The translations under genes were made by a program, and so were the position numbers. From contig MU058205.1 of the NCBI GenBank assembly GCA_013265495.1, forward strand, positions 74,312 to 138,311: DNA of 64,000 nucleotides. The letters run 5' to 3'. Source of the DNA: Vicugna vicugna (taxonomy: Eukaryota). Below are positions 36,743 through 49,479 of the stretch, piece by piece. Each line of letters opens with the position of its first letter. Positions within the stretch are counted from its first letter, which is position 1. A model generated the notes under the pieces. The model was not told the DNA's origin. It searched no databases and saw only the letters and a program-made list of their open reading frames with translations.

Positions 36743-36800
36743 TGTTCGCGTGTGTGTGTGTGTGTGTGGAGAGAGAGAGAGGGAGAGACACAGACAGAGG
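36702..36800. repeat. compound (TG)n(GA)n microsatellite
   Basis: seen directly. Confidence 0.95.
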
Positions 36801-38937
36801 CAGAAGGTCACCTCCGGAGGAATGATGGGTGTACTGTCATTCATCTCAGAGCTCAAAAGTTCACCAACTCAGCATTCAGCCAGCACCCTGGACTTTCAAC
36901 TGTCCTGGAGCCCAGATGAGTCAGCCAGGATAAGAACTCAGTAACAGCTTCCAAGATCCAGGGCCCTGTAAGGATCTAATTCCTAAGGGGTGAGGTAGCT
37001 CACTGGGTCCCGGCCCGTAGATGAAGGGTGGGGAGGGGGAGGGGACAGAACTACATTTTCTCCCACTCCTTTTGCCCTTGAGGGGGAGGGAAGGTACACG
37101 AAGGTCGAGTCCTGAGTCTGTTTCCCCGCCCCTCCTGGGAGGTGAGGGCTCTCCTCCTTTCTCGTGCACTGACTGTTTTGATGACTCACGAATCCGCCCC
37201 GACTGCCCGCTGCCCAGCAGGCGCCGCGGTCAGGAGCACGGCCTCTGGCAGCAGAGCACCCAGGTTCAACATCCGATTCTGCCACCGGGGCTGGAGAAGT
37301 CACTGAAGTCCTCATCTTTCAGATGGGCTTGGTCACACCCATCTTTGCTGCCCAGAGCGAGTGTGAGGTTAGATGCCTGATCATTTGCCGTGGTGGCTTG
37401 CAAGTTATAGCAATGGCCACGTCCCCAGCTGCCACTGGACAGTCAATTCTTAGAAACGGATGGAGGCCATGACACACAGACCAGTGCGGGGACCCAACCA
37501 CACATCAGCAGGTCTGGATCTCCGTCGCTCTCTAGTCCAGTGGAGGGACAGTCTCCTGGCCTTGCTTTGATTCATCTCCACTGGACGTCTCCTGGCAGCA
37601 CCCTCAGCGCATCCCAAGCTGAGGACGATGTGACCTCCCCAGCCTGCTTTTCTGGGCTTTCTGTTCTGCCACCTCCACTTTCTTGGTCACTCAGCCTCCA
37701 CCCTCTCGCATCAGGAGGCCCCAGGGATTCTCCCTCTTGCCAGTCCCTGCCCTCCTGCGGCCACTGCCCCCAGCAGATCTGAGTCATCTCAGCTGAGGAA
37801 GGTCAGAGCCACCTCGGAAATCTCTCAGCCCTTCACACGCCAGCCGGCACTTATTAAGGTGTTGCTTTTAGTACATCCCCTCCCGGCTCCAGACCCTGCC
37901 AGGCTCCCTCTGATTCTCACCAGGGGCCCCCACCTCCAGCCCCGGCACGCCTTCCCCGTCTCCTCTCCAGCTCTTCCACCAGTGAGGCCCCATTCAGCGA
38001 GGGCTTTGCTCTCCCGCCCTGAACCTGGCCGTGTCCTTCTCAGTCCTCTTCCCTGCATCCCTCCTCCCCCACTCACAGTCTGGGGCCTGCCCTGGGCTTG
38101 TTTTTATTAGAGAGGAACTGAGAGGCCCATTGGGTTGGCCGCCATCATCTCAGATTCAAGCCACTCTTGCCGTTTCCTGGTCAACCCAGGCCTGCTGGCC
38201 CAGCTCCATTCGTGCATTTCCGAGACCAGTCTTGCACTTTGCTGCAGGAACTGGCTGTATTCTTTCATATTCCAGGGCACCAGGCCCTCCCTTTATAATC
38301 TTCTAGAGTTTAGAATAAAGACCTGACATAAGGGCAGTTAAAGACACTCTGTCCCTTGCCCTCACCTCCCCACATATAATTGTGGGGCACCATGTGGCAT
38401 TTGTGCTATATCCTCAAGTCTGTCTCCTCTTCAGGATTCCCCTCACGGTGACAGTCCAAGGTCCTGGGAGCTCTTCTTTGAAGGACTGGTGAGACTTCTA
38501 GCTTGGCCATCTTCCGCAGCTCCATTCCCCGCTCCCCACCCACAGCTAGGTCTCTGGGTTACGCCTTAAGCACACTTCTCACTGGCTCCCCTCCGGTCCT
38601 CTCCCGGCTCTGCCGTCTGGTCCTCACCAGCACCCCTCAAGTCCGTCCTTCTTCGAGGGACTGCTGCACGCAGCCCAGATTCTGAAATGCCCTCTCCGTG
38701 GGCTAAGGCAGGCTTCTCCCACTTTACAAAGGCAGGGCCCTTGTAATAAGCCTTACACTCTCCCGGGACCCTGCCCCCCGCCCCCAGGAGAACGAGCCTC
38801 GCTGGCTTCCCTTGCAGACTGACTCCTCCCCACGCCCCTGCCTCCCTCGAGCCTGGTGGAGGCTGTACCTGTCTGGGGCCCTGTACTTCTTTCTTGGTAT
38901 TCTTAAATTGTGTTTAAATAATAAAGATTGGGAGGAG

Positions 38938-39095
38938 GAGGGTGTAGCTCAGTGGTAGAGCACGTGCTTAGCGTGCACAAGGTCCTGGGTTCAGTCCCCA
39001 GCACCTCCACTAAAAATAAATAACTAATTCCCCAGTACTGCCATTAAAATAAATAAGCCCAATTAACCACCCCATGAAAATAATTAAAAAAAATA
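38938..39095 (+). mobile_element. vic-1-like SINE with duplicated tail
   Basis: gggtgtagctcagtggtagagcacgtgcttagcgtgcacaaggtcctgggttcagtccccagcacctcca; flanks aaataat(a/t)aagat. Confidence 0.92.
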
Positions 39096-39580
39096 AATAA
39101 TTAAGATCAGGTACTTGATGCTCGTTCACCCTCAAGCACAGGACGCAGAGCGCAGGTTTTGTTGACATTCGAACCCCCAGCATCCAGCATAGCTTCTCTG
39201 AACAAATCCTGAATCCTGGCTTCCTGAAAATATCACCATATAAGGCTACGTCCATTGCTTACGTGGTCAGGGACCGAGTCAAAGTCGGGGTCTTTACGAG
39301 GCTTTGAGGGTAGGTTTAAGGGGATCTTCCAGTGCTGGAGCAGGGGTCAGCTCAGACTGGATCAGGCCCATGAGATTAGAGTTAGGATTGGAGAACACAG
39401 ACAACAACGTGAGAATTTTGAGGCAAGGGGTTCAAAGAATCTTGGGGTGTAAATAGTCGTTCATGTTACTTGTTGAAAAGTCATATAGTTTAATGTTCAT
39501 TTGAATGGATTTTCCCGGGAACTTCTTGAAACAAAGCTATTTGGAACTTTTACTTTTACCTGACCTCCTTGTCTGCTCCG

Positions 39581-39722
39581 TGTGGCTGAGTCCTTGGGGC
39601 CCTTATCCAGGGAGGGTCCCTGCTGGGCTCAGCAGGACTGCAATGTGGCTGAGTCCTTGGGGCCCTTATCCAGGGAGGGGCCCTTATCCAGGGAGGGTCC
39701 CTGCTGGGCTCAGCAGGACTGC
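39581..39722. repeat. 63-bp-period tandem duplication with a nested 18-bp duplication
   Basis: units start at 39581 and 39644; ggcccttatccagggagg is repeated at 39661 and 39679. Confidence 0.95.
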
Positions 39723-41704
39723 TCTGTGCAGCCTCTTATGGCCCCAGAAGCCTCACATCCAAAAGCTCAATTCACTTGGACTGGGCAGGGGACCTCGTTC
39801 TGTTCTTCCTCACACTGCCGGGACTCTGGGCGCTCGTGGACCCCCACGCCTCGCGGACCGAGCTGTGTGGAAGTGGGCGGGGCCCTGGCCAAGTCACCCA
39901 GTCCTCTGAGGGTCGTTGTTCTTGCGTCAGGAGGGGACAGCCACCATCTCCGCTGTTGGGAGGGCCAGGCCACACGGCGCGGGGAGCTGCTCCACCCTAA
40001 CGGCGTCGCCCCTCCCAGCCTCTGGAGCAGCTTTCTCTCCCTGCTTCCTCACCTTCTCCCTCGCCCTCCTCTACAACTCAGTGAATTGAGTTTCCCCTCC
40101 TCCTGAGACAGAGATGGCCCTGGGTGCTCAAAGGGGGGCACCTCCCCACATCAGGGGGCCCTCAGGGGCTCCGCTCCATGCCCACCTATGGGCACGCGGG
40201 TCAGAGCCAGTGCTTAAAATCACAGAAGCCAGGGACAGCCTCGGGCTTCTCCCCCAGAGGGATGTGATGAGGTCTGATGAAGGGGGCCGGGCCCACAGCA
40301 ATACTGACTTTGCGGATAGTGTAGCTCTCCCCCCAGGGCCTTAACTTGCCTGGAGAAGATTCTGGAAATATCTGGTTCTGGGGCACGTTCTGCAGCATGG
40401 GCATGGCTTGGGGAGACTGTGACCATCTTCATCGCTCTGTTCTAGAGCTGAAGAGGGAAGGACCCTGTGCAGGCTGTGCTCCCGAGTCGCCTGCCCATGT
40501 GGCCTCTGACACGTCTTTTATCCCATCGGTGAGCCCTGCAATAAATAGCTCTCCGCCCATCCCAGGGTCTCCTGAGAAGGCCTGGTGCCCGGAGTGTCCC
40601 CTGTGGGCAGAAAACAAAGTCCGCGTCCTCCACGGAGGAGGGTGAGGGGTGGACCCGAGAGCAAAAGGCAAATGACCAGCTCCCAGGCCCCTGTGCTGCG
40701 CAGCCTGCGGACTGCAGACCCTGTCCACCTTCGAGAGGCCCTTCCCGGCTCGCCGCTCCTCCGCATGACAGGGAGAAGGAAACACAGTGAACCCAGGAAT
40801 TACGAGCCGAGCCAGGCAACGGCGCTCTCCACTGCTGGGAAAGAGTCATTGTTTGAAGGCAGTGCTGGGTGATTTGAGAGAAGACGTGGATGGGGGAGGG
40901 GGAAGGATGCTTCCATAGGAAACCTAGTGAGTGGGGGTAAGGTGACAGGGCAAGTCTGATCAGGGGAACGGGACCTGGGAGAGGAACAGGAGAAAAATCC
41001 TGTGAAGGGGCAGGGTTAGGGGTACAGCTCCAAACCCGCTGTGTTAGCTACCCGTGAGTCGACCTCACGCTTTCAGTTGCCGGAGCAGGCCTGAAATGGG
41101 GACCGTGCGTGTCCTGGGGGGTCCTGGGGAGCACGGAGCAATGAGGTGGGGACTAAGGAACGGACTTCTCTCTGTGCTGTCTTCCTGGGAGCCTTAATCC
41201 AGTGGGAGAGACACATACATTCTTACTCATGGAATATACATATGAAAAAGCTCTTCATAAAGCAACACAAACACCATTAAATATACGTGTCTGTGAGGAA
41301 TGCATGTTTCCCAAGGAAAGGAAGATGTCCAGAGGGCTTTGGTTTAAACCCACTTAGCTTTCCTCTGGCTCCGTCCTTTCCCCTCTGCAGCTGCTGCTTA
41401 CTTATATCCTGCCCATTTGCCTGGGGATAAACACATCTGTTCCTTCCTTGGGTCAGTCGCCTGGCTTCTCTGGACCTCGGTCTCTCACCTGTGCATTGAG
41501 ATGAGACCCAGCTCTGCCTTCCAAGAGCCGCTCGCGTGTTTGCATCAACCTTCTGTCAGTTTCTCTGGCCTCGCCCTGGTGTCCAGCCCTGGACAAAGGG
41601 CAGGCATTATTCACTACCCGACCTCTTGTCCTGCTCCCGGGATGAGCTAAGAAAGCTTTTCTACCTGAGAGTGGATTTCTAGTCAGCGGGAACTCTCCAG
41701 GAGC

Positions 41705-42055
41705 GCAATGGGCTAAATGTATCGCCTCCAAATTCAAATGTTGAAGACTTAACCCCCAAAGTGACGGTATTAGGAGGCGGGCCTTTGGGACGTGATTAGG
41801 TCATGAGGGCGGGGTCCTCATGGGTGGAATTAGTGCCCTCATAACAGAGCCCCAGAGAGCTCCCCCGCACTTTTCGACATTTTAGGACCCAGTGAGAAGA
41901 CAGCCGTCTATGAGGAAGTGGCCTTACTAGACACTGACTCTGCCAGTGCCTTGATCTTGGACTTCCAGCCTTCAGAAACGTGAGAAGCAAATTTCTGTTG
42001 TTTCCAGCCAGCCGCGTTATGGCATGTTGTCACAGCAGCCCATGTGGACCGAGAA
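41705..42055 (+). mobile_element. MLT1A-like solo LTR
   Basis: aaattcaaatgttgaagacttaacccccaaagtgacggtattaggaggcgggcctttggg...cttgatcttggacttccagccttcagaaacgtgagaag. Confidence 0.85.
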
Positions 42056-42479
42056 CGTGAAACGTGGAGCCCCTGGCCTGTCCTACGTGGTGTGCTTGCT
42101 TCCTTTCCGTTCTTAGTTATCACCTTTGCTCGCTCACCCATCGCACAAATACTGAAGTGTCCACAGTGTCTCAGGTTGCAAGCTGAGTACTAGGAATATG
42201 AAAGTTTATAAGAAGCTCTCAATATATTCGAGAAGCTCTCTGTTGAGCAGGGCATATGGATGCGGGAACAAATACTCCAGAATAGTGTGGTAAGTGACCC
42301 AGGAGGTGTGCATGAAGCATCATAAGAGCCCAGAAACAGGGACTGGCCAGGAGGCATGCGGGATGGAGACAGGAGCAGGTGTGGCACTGGGGTAGAGTCC
42401 TCAAAAATGAGCCAAAATTTGCAGGCAGAAAAGGCAAGGGATTGCGTATGCTCTGAGGGGCCTTGAGGGCCTGGGGGTT

Positions 42480-43700
42480 GCTGGGAAGACTGGGTTTAAG
42501 GTAAGAGTGGGACTGGCAGCAGATCAGGCTGAGGAGAGAGGCACGTGTGAAGGACTTCAGGCGTCCTACCTAGGAATTCAGATTTCATCCTGGCGGCAAA
42601 AGGGGACCACTAATGGCTATGAGGCAGGGCTGGATTTTGGCAAGTTGGGAGTGATGGGTGTGGGAAGAGGCCGTAGACAGTGAGTTTCTTTTGGTTCCAG
42701 GCTGGAGACAGGAAGAAGCAATGGGGGTGGGGCACAGCACTGTGGGGAGACACTCAGGAGTGCCCTCCAACGGAACCTGCTCACTGGTGTGGGTTAAAGG
42801 CAAGACAAGGATGAAGAATGACTTCGAGATTTCTAGTTTGGACAGCTGAGGAAAAGGAGCGAGGAGATGCAGGAAGAGGGGATATTACCCAAAGTGACAT
42901 CTTTTTTGGGGGGTGGGGGAGGTAATTAGTTTTATTTATTTTGATGGAAGCACTGGGGATTAAACCCACGACCTCTTGCACGCTAAGCACGTGCTCTACC
43001 ACTGAGCTCTATTCTCCCCACTAAAGTGACATCTTAAAGGGCCCCCTGAGAAGACAGTGGACTCTTTGTTTCTGCAGAGTATTTCCATGTGCTGTCTCTC
43101 TCCTGGAGGCCCCTCTCTGCTGGCCTGTTTTTGTGTCTTGATTGTGGTCTCACATCTGGCTTCTATGTCTCTGTTGAGTCCTTTGGAAGAGAAGCTCCAT
43201 TTGAACTTCTCCAGGGACAATGGCCTTGGACGTCCTTGACTGTGCAGCCTCCAGCTCCTGCCTGGCTCCATTCTGCTCTTCCCCGTGTCTTGCTTTGGCT
43301 TCCCGAATCCTAGCCCAAGGGCCCTGCTGGTCCAGATTCATAGGCAGGGAAGACGTGGAGAAAATTGTTTTTGACATGTTAGGCTCAATATGCCTGTGGG
43401 ACATCTGTGCAGAAATTTCTAGTGGGCAGGTGGTAAAGAGTTCAGAGGAAACAGGGAACTGCATTTGGAAGCCAGCAACACAGGGGATAGCCAAAGTCAT
43501 TTAGAAAGAGTGTAAGTGAGGGAGAAAAAAGACGAGACTGAAAATCGACCTCTACGCAAGGCCAGCATGAGGTTGGTAGGGCTTGGAAACCAGTGGAAGA
43601 GAATGAGTAAAGACAATCCCTAAGGTCACAGTGGACCAAGGGGAGGAGAATGTGTGCCAGCAGCCAAAGGAGGCAAATCTGATGGAGGCCATGAGCGTCA
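42480..43700 (-). mobile_element. L2 LINE fragments
   Basis: gaatgacttcgagatttctagtttggacagctg; tttgacatgttaggctcaatatgcctgtgggacatc; cagccaaaggaggcaa; discontinuous. Confidence 0.5.
42904..43022 (-). mobile_element. vic-1-like SINE
   Basis: perfect TSD aaagtgacatctt at 42891-42903 and 43023-43035. Confidence 0.92.
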
Positions 43701-44137
43701 GTATAAAACTGTTGCACGGAAGTAATTTCATTTGAACGTGAAAACATTTGGTGGCCTTCCACTGTGTGACACACACTGTGCCAAGAACAGAGGGTCTTCA
43801 GTCCCTGCCCTTAAGGACCTTATAGTTTAGTAGAAGAGACACCATAATAGATAAATGGAGCAAGTTGTAGGATACACGGGGAACTCAGAACCAAATATAT
43901 TGAACATGTGGAGCAGACTGTTGAGGCTTCAGAGAGGAGGTGACTTTCAGGGTGAGACAGGAGCTGTTTGCAGGCCTTCTCCAGGTGGGCAAACCAGGGT
44001 GCAGTGGGAGCTCTCACAGGCAGCCTGCATGAGCACAGTGGGGGTGATGCATGAAGCAGGGGCAGAGAGATGAGTCTGAAGACCACCCAGGCTCCAGACA
44101 GCTGCGGGCTTTATGGTTTGGAGCAACAGGGTTTTGG

Positions 44138-44580
44138 TTAGTGTATGTTTCCTGCAGATGCCATAACAAATCACAAACTGGGCAGCTAAAAACAAAAGCA
44201 ATGTCCTCTCTCACAATTCTGGAGGCCAGAGTCCAAAATCAAAGTGTAGGCAGGGCTGCACACCCTCCAGAGGCCAGAGGGAAGGGTCCTTGCTGGCTTT
44301 TCCAGCTTCTGGCTGCGGGTGTTCCTCGGCTATGATCACAGCACTCCAGTCTCTGCCTCTGTGTGTGACACACCAATTGGGCTGGGCTGTCTCCTGCTCG
44401 CCCTCTGTCCTCCTCTTATGAGGACACTTGGGGGGTATCTGGATGATCCAGGATCATTGTCCCATCTCAGGATCTCACTTAATCACATCTGCCAAGACCC
44501 TTTTTCCATACAAGGTCATATTCATAGCTTCCAGGGGTCAGCACTTGCATCTCTTTGTGGGCCATAATTCAGTCTATTAT
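44138..44580 (-). mobile_element. MLT1 solo LTR
   Basis: tgccataacaaatcacaaactgggcagctaaaaac...cacaattctggaggccagagtccaaaatcaaagtg...gggccataattcagtctatta. Confidence 0.85.
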
Positions 44581-46423
44581 AGTCCAGAAAAGAAAATGGT
44601 AGGGCTAGCAGTTAGATACATTATCTTCCTGGATGTGGAGGACAGATGGGTTGGAGAGGCCCCTACTGGAGTCAGGGACATTCATCACTTTAGGGATGAC
44701 CAGAGAAGTATAGGTAAGAGGTGCCAAGGCCAGAACTACATGAGATTTGGTGGCGGGGCTGATAGTAAGACCAGGAAGGAAAGTTTAAGTTGTGCTGAGT
44801 GGTTCTTAATGCCCTTAGGTTCTGGGGACAGAAGCTCAGCCACGCAGGTTGAAAGCAACAGGGGATTTCACTTCTCTTTAAACATTTTGCTGGACACTGA
44901 GCTAATTCTCAAGGGCAGCAGAGAGCCTGCATGTGTCTCGTGGTGTGGGGTGGAGCTCAGAATAGGGTGTCAGGAAGGAAGAGAAGGTGGAGAAACAGAA
45001 CGACTTTGAAAAAATCAGTGTTATGCTGAGGCATTTTGTCTTTAATCTCACTGCAACCGGAAACCATCAAGCAGGGAGAAGGTATCTGTTAGCTGAGCAT
45101 CCTTTAGAATTTTGAGCCTTAGGAAAAATTCCATCTAAGAAGTTTGCTTAGAAATAGGCCTTGAAATAGGATCACAAATGAAGTTACCTGCAAGGTGGAA
45201 ACAGGGCAGGCGACCTGCAAGCCCTACTTTCTATGTTCGGGGGACTCGGACTCACAAGCCCACCAGCCGCCAATGATTCACCTCCAGCCAGTGCCCCGGG
45301 CCGGGACCGCATGCCTGGGGCTCCTCCCCCTCAAGAACCCTGTAGGGCTCCATGAGCCCTGGACGATGCAGGAGTAAGAATCCTGGACATCCAGCTTCAA
45401 GGGGTCCAAGTGGTAACCTTGAGGCCTGACGAGCCCTATCAAAAATCATGTAGAACAGCATCTTGCTACCCCCAGAAGAGAGATGGCAGAGTTTCTAAAG
45501 GCCCGTTGGCTTCTGGGTACCAGGGAAGGGGTCCCATGAAAGATGGAAGTTCTGAAACAATCGGGTCCCATCTGGTGCTGCTCTTCCAGTCCCACCTCCC
45601 ACCCGATGCTGTCCCCTGGGAGCTGCCTTCCTGGTCCTGGCTGCCCATTGGCTGGTGAGGCTGCTGTCTTCCTCAGTACCGCCTGCCTCAGGACCTCGGG
45701 TGCCCCCTCAGCCTGCAGCCCTTCTCCCCGTGGGGCTCAGATCGAAGGCTCAGGCACAGGACAGGAGGACCCGCATCTTAGGCAGACATCAGGCCTCCAC
45801 CCCATCCCAGGCCCCCACCTTTCGTTAAAGGAAATGGGCCCCTCCTCCCTCCATCTCAACACCCTCCCCCTTCTGCTCCCTTCAGCAGAGAAAAGCCTCC
45901 TTCAGGTTGGTTCCCATCAGACCTTCTTCAGTTTGGGTTGAACCTGAAGCCAACGCAATTCAGTATGTGTTCTAAGGGCTTCATAGCACTCTTCCTGTTT
46001 GTCAGGCAATGCCCTGGTTGCTGGGCACACACTGGCTGACAAAATAGACTTGTGGCGTAGGGAACATGCCCCTGATGGGCTTACATGGAGGAGTTTACAG
46101 ACTCATGGGCGAGTGTTCCGCTGCACGAGCTGCAGGAGATGTTCTGCGTGTATAGGCGCCATTTGTACATGAGCTGTTATCCATTAAAAAATCCTTCTAG
46201 GAAGGAAGAGTTCTAATTTCTCCCTGTGACTGTCTTCTTGGGAACTAAAGTGCTTGCCTTGGACCTCGCTTTCTCTAGAAACCTGTGTTGTGGGCCGTGG
46301 CAGCTGGGTCTGGCCGCAGAATTCCGGGCCCAACGTGCTGGTCTGGCCGGTGAGCTCCCTGGGGCCGGGGGCGCAGTGGGAGGCGGACCCACAGGTACCG
46401 CTGTGAGTGTATGTGTGTGGACG

Positions 46424-46894
46424 TGTCACCGGAGGCAAGTTCGTGTGTCTGCTGCACCACGAGGCCAAACAAACTGAAACGTCGAAGTTTGGAGCAGAGA
46501 AAGGTTTACTGCAGGGCCGAGCAAGGAGGATTGGACGGCTCATGTCTAAGAAAACCCCGAACTCTCTGAAGGATTTCATCAGAGAATATTTAAAGGCAGG
46601 TGAGGGAGGGGAGGTCGCAGGGTGTGTGACCAGCTTGTGCACAGCCCTCTGACTGGTTGATGTGGAGGGAACAGTGCGTCAACACTATCAACCCCCAGGT
46701 GCCAGCAGGTTTAGGGGGCAATGTGCCCTCGAAGTAGCTAATTTTTTCCTCTTGGTGGTGGTTTTAAGCATCTGAAAAACTCAGAAAATATACATGAGAT
46801 ACTATTATACAGGTGTTTCAGAAAGGAGCCGCAGCAGGGAACGCTGGGGAGGGGTCTGACCCTGGAAGGCCCCCCAGGGCCCTGCTCGGTCACA
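46424..46894 (-). mobile_element. ERV solo LTR
   Basis: TG...CA termini (tgtcaccg...cggtcaca), 4-bp TSD gacg/gaca, polyA-signal variant tttact at ~46505. Confidence 0.8.
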
Positions 46895-47899
46895 GACACG
46901 CTTGTGCGTGCCCACCAGCACACACGGGCTCTCTGTGCACATGTACAGAAAGTCGCCACCGCCCTGGTAGCGCTCTGGTGCAGGGTCAGGCATGGAGAGG
47001 CTCATTTTCTAAGACTACCACCTTTGTAGCCACATCTCCAAGAAGAGGGAAGATTATAAACTAAGAGCACTGTGCATGGCATGTGGCTGCAGGAGCCCTT
47101 GTGAGAGAGACCAAACAGGCCTGGAAAGCTGAGAGACACGAGGTAAAGTTACTCCACGAGAGCTAGGAACAAGGTGGAAAGTCAAAGGGTGGTGTGTGGC
47201 AATCTCTGTACGTGGAGCCTGGGGACAGGGGAGAGGGGGAGCTTGCAGGGGACACTGATGGGCATTTTGTGTTCCCGAGAATCAGCATGGATTAAGATGA
47301 GTGCTGACCTCAACAGCAAGGAGGAGGAAGGCCAAGTCAGAACAGAGAGGGTGTCCCGGGGAGGCAGGTGAAGTCGAGCTGTGGGTCCCAGGGCCAGGGC
47401 TCCGGCCTCTCCTCGGAGGAGGCTGCACTGGTGAGTCTCCTGGAACCAGGCAGGGTCTCGGTGCCCAGGGCCAGCCTGCGCTCCCAGGGGAGGCCAGGAG
47501 CAGCTCCCTGTGACACTGGGATGCAGATGGCAGGGAATCTTGGCTTTCCCAGCAGGGGTGACTAAAGAATGACAAACAGTTTTCTTTAAAAGAGAAGCCG
47601 GTGGAGGACTTTTGGAGATGGGGGTCCACTCTACTGCACTGATTTCTGAGATTCTATTTTATTGTGAGGCTGTGCTTAAAAAAAAACATTTGGCCATAAA
47701 AAAGCCGAAGGCTTCAAACTCTCCATGGTCAGTGTTGACTTGGTGGCCACCACCTAAATGATGACAGAGCACCTGTCTCTTTAAACTGCACATGACACCC
47801 AGATTCTGCCGCTCCAGCCCTCCCGACCTGTGTCCTCGTCTCCTGTATCAAGGGACCCAACACACACCCTGAGGACGCTGCTTAAATTCAGGCTGTATT

Positions 47900-48232
47900 T
47901 AGTGTCACCTCATGTTTTATGTAAAGTCCAGGTAGTAAATGTTTTAGGCTTCGTGGGCCATGTGCTCTGTCTGAGCTGCTCAGCTCTGCTGTCGGAATGG
48001 GAAAGCAGCCAGAGACCACAGGTGGACGAATGAGCGTGGCTGTATTCCAATAAAACTTCATTTTAGACACTGAAATTTAGATTTCATATAATTTTCATGT
48101 CTCAAAATATTATTCTTTCTTTGACTTTTTTTTTCAACCATTAAAAATTTAAAAACCATTCTTAGCTGGTGGTCCAGACAAAAACAGAAGGCAGGTCAGC
48201 TTTGGCCCATGGGGTGTGGTCTTCCAACCCCC
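47900..48232. mobile_element. MER58B-like hAT-Charlie element
   Basis: ccaggtagtaaatgttttaggcttcgtgggcca...gtggctgtattccaataaaactt...aaaaaccattcttagct. Confidence 0.8.
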
Positions 48233-48338
48233 ACCCCACTGTATCCCAGTGCGAGGAATCCCAAGGGGATGAACCTCACGTTGGTCAGGCAAGTTTCGGG
48301 TATGTGACCCTGCACCACTCAGCCACGCAGGCTCCCTT

Positions 48339-48874
48339 TGTAACAGGAGAGACAACTCTGACTCCACATTAGATCTGTTCCTTTGGCTTTAACTTGTGCC
48401 CTGTTTTCTAGGCTGTCTTGCCGGCTCTGCACCTTTTGTAAAAGAATGTTGCCTTTAGCCTGAAATATGCAGGAGAGCCTACTCTCAAGGCTCTGACCTT
48501 TAAGGACATTAACACTTTTGCACGTCTATAAAGATGACAAGTTGTAGAATAGAAAATAACTTGTTTGTTTTGTTAGAGGTTTTGCAGGGGCACCAGGACC
48601 TGACCCACGTGGACAGCTGCAAGGACAAAGGATTCCAAGAACAAAGGATTCCGACACCAAGAAGTTTACAAAAACCAACCACACCCCCTCACCTTTTTAG
48701 TATAAAAGGAGCCTGAATTCTGACTTGGGGAAGATGGTTCTCCAGGACATTAGTCTGCCATCTTCTTGGTCTGCTGGCTTTCTAAATAAAGTCATTATTC
48801 TTTGCCCCAACACCTTGTCTCCTGTTTTATTGGCCTGTTGTGCAGCAAGCAGAAGGAGTTTGGACTCAGCAACA
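48339..48874 (+). mobile_element. ERV1-type solo LTR
   Basis: tgtaacagg...cagcaaca termini, TATAAAA at ~48701, AATAAA at ~48785, 4-bp TSD cctt/cctg. Confidence 0.85.
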
Positions 48875-49479
48875 CCTGAATGGTCTTTTGAAGTACTTGA
48901 TCCAGATAACGTCACAGGATAGGGTGGGATTGTCCAGCCACAGCTTATGATACCAAAGTAATGCCAGGAGTCCCAGGAGCTGAGGAAAATTCTAGGCTTT
49001 TATCGTTTCTCCTGCTTAATAAACTTGTCCTCCCCCAGTGAGGCCTGTTGAGCAAATGACACACAGTTGTGTAATCCAGAGCCACCCCCGGGGGGGTGGC
49101 GTGATCCAGCTCCCCACTCTTCACAGCAGTTACATCCTATGAATGAGTATCCAGGAACCCGGAGTCAGTGACCCTGAACCACTTCTCTTGGGGAAACACA
49201 GAGGTAGCTTCTCCAGACACAGCATTTTGGTCAAATATACCCTTGTCTGGTGTGTGGTTCTGTTTAGACACTTCATTTCATATTTGTTGAGCATCATGGT
49301 CACAGTGCTGACACAGGCGGGGAGGAAGCTCACCTAACATGTGTTTTCTCCATGGATCACATCAAACCTCTTTGAGCTTAGAGACACTAGACAGCGCTTC
49401 GGCTCTTCCCTTAGGGGTGATTTTATTTATTTTATTTTATTTTATTTTTTATAAATATTGTTTTCTTCTTTTTTTTTAT

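Noticed and set aside
38938..39009. Functional tRNA-Ala(AGC) gene
   Set aside because: It has stem mismatches, an altered T-loop/B-box, a SINE tail, TSD-like flanks, no oligo-T terminator, and ~15 related copies in the window.
39581..39722. CRISPR-like repeat array
   Set aside because: There are only two abutting units with no unique spacers, in a mammalian context.
44428..45009. Longest ORF (193 aa) as a gene
   Set aside because: It begins inside an MLT1 LTR at a non-ATG codon and shows no recognisable domain.
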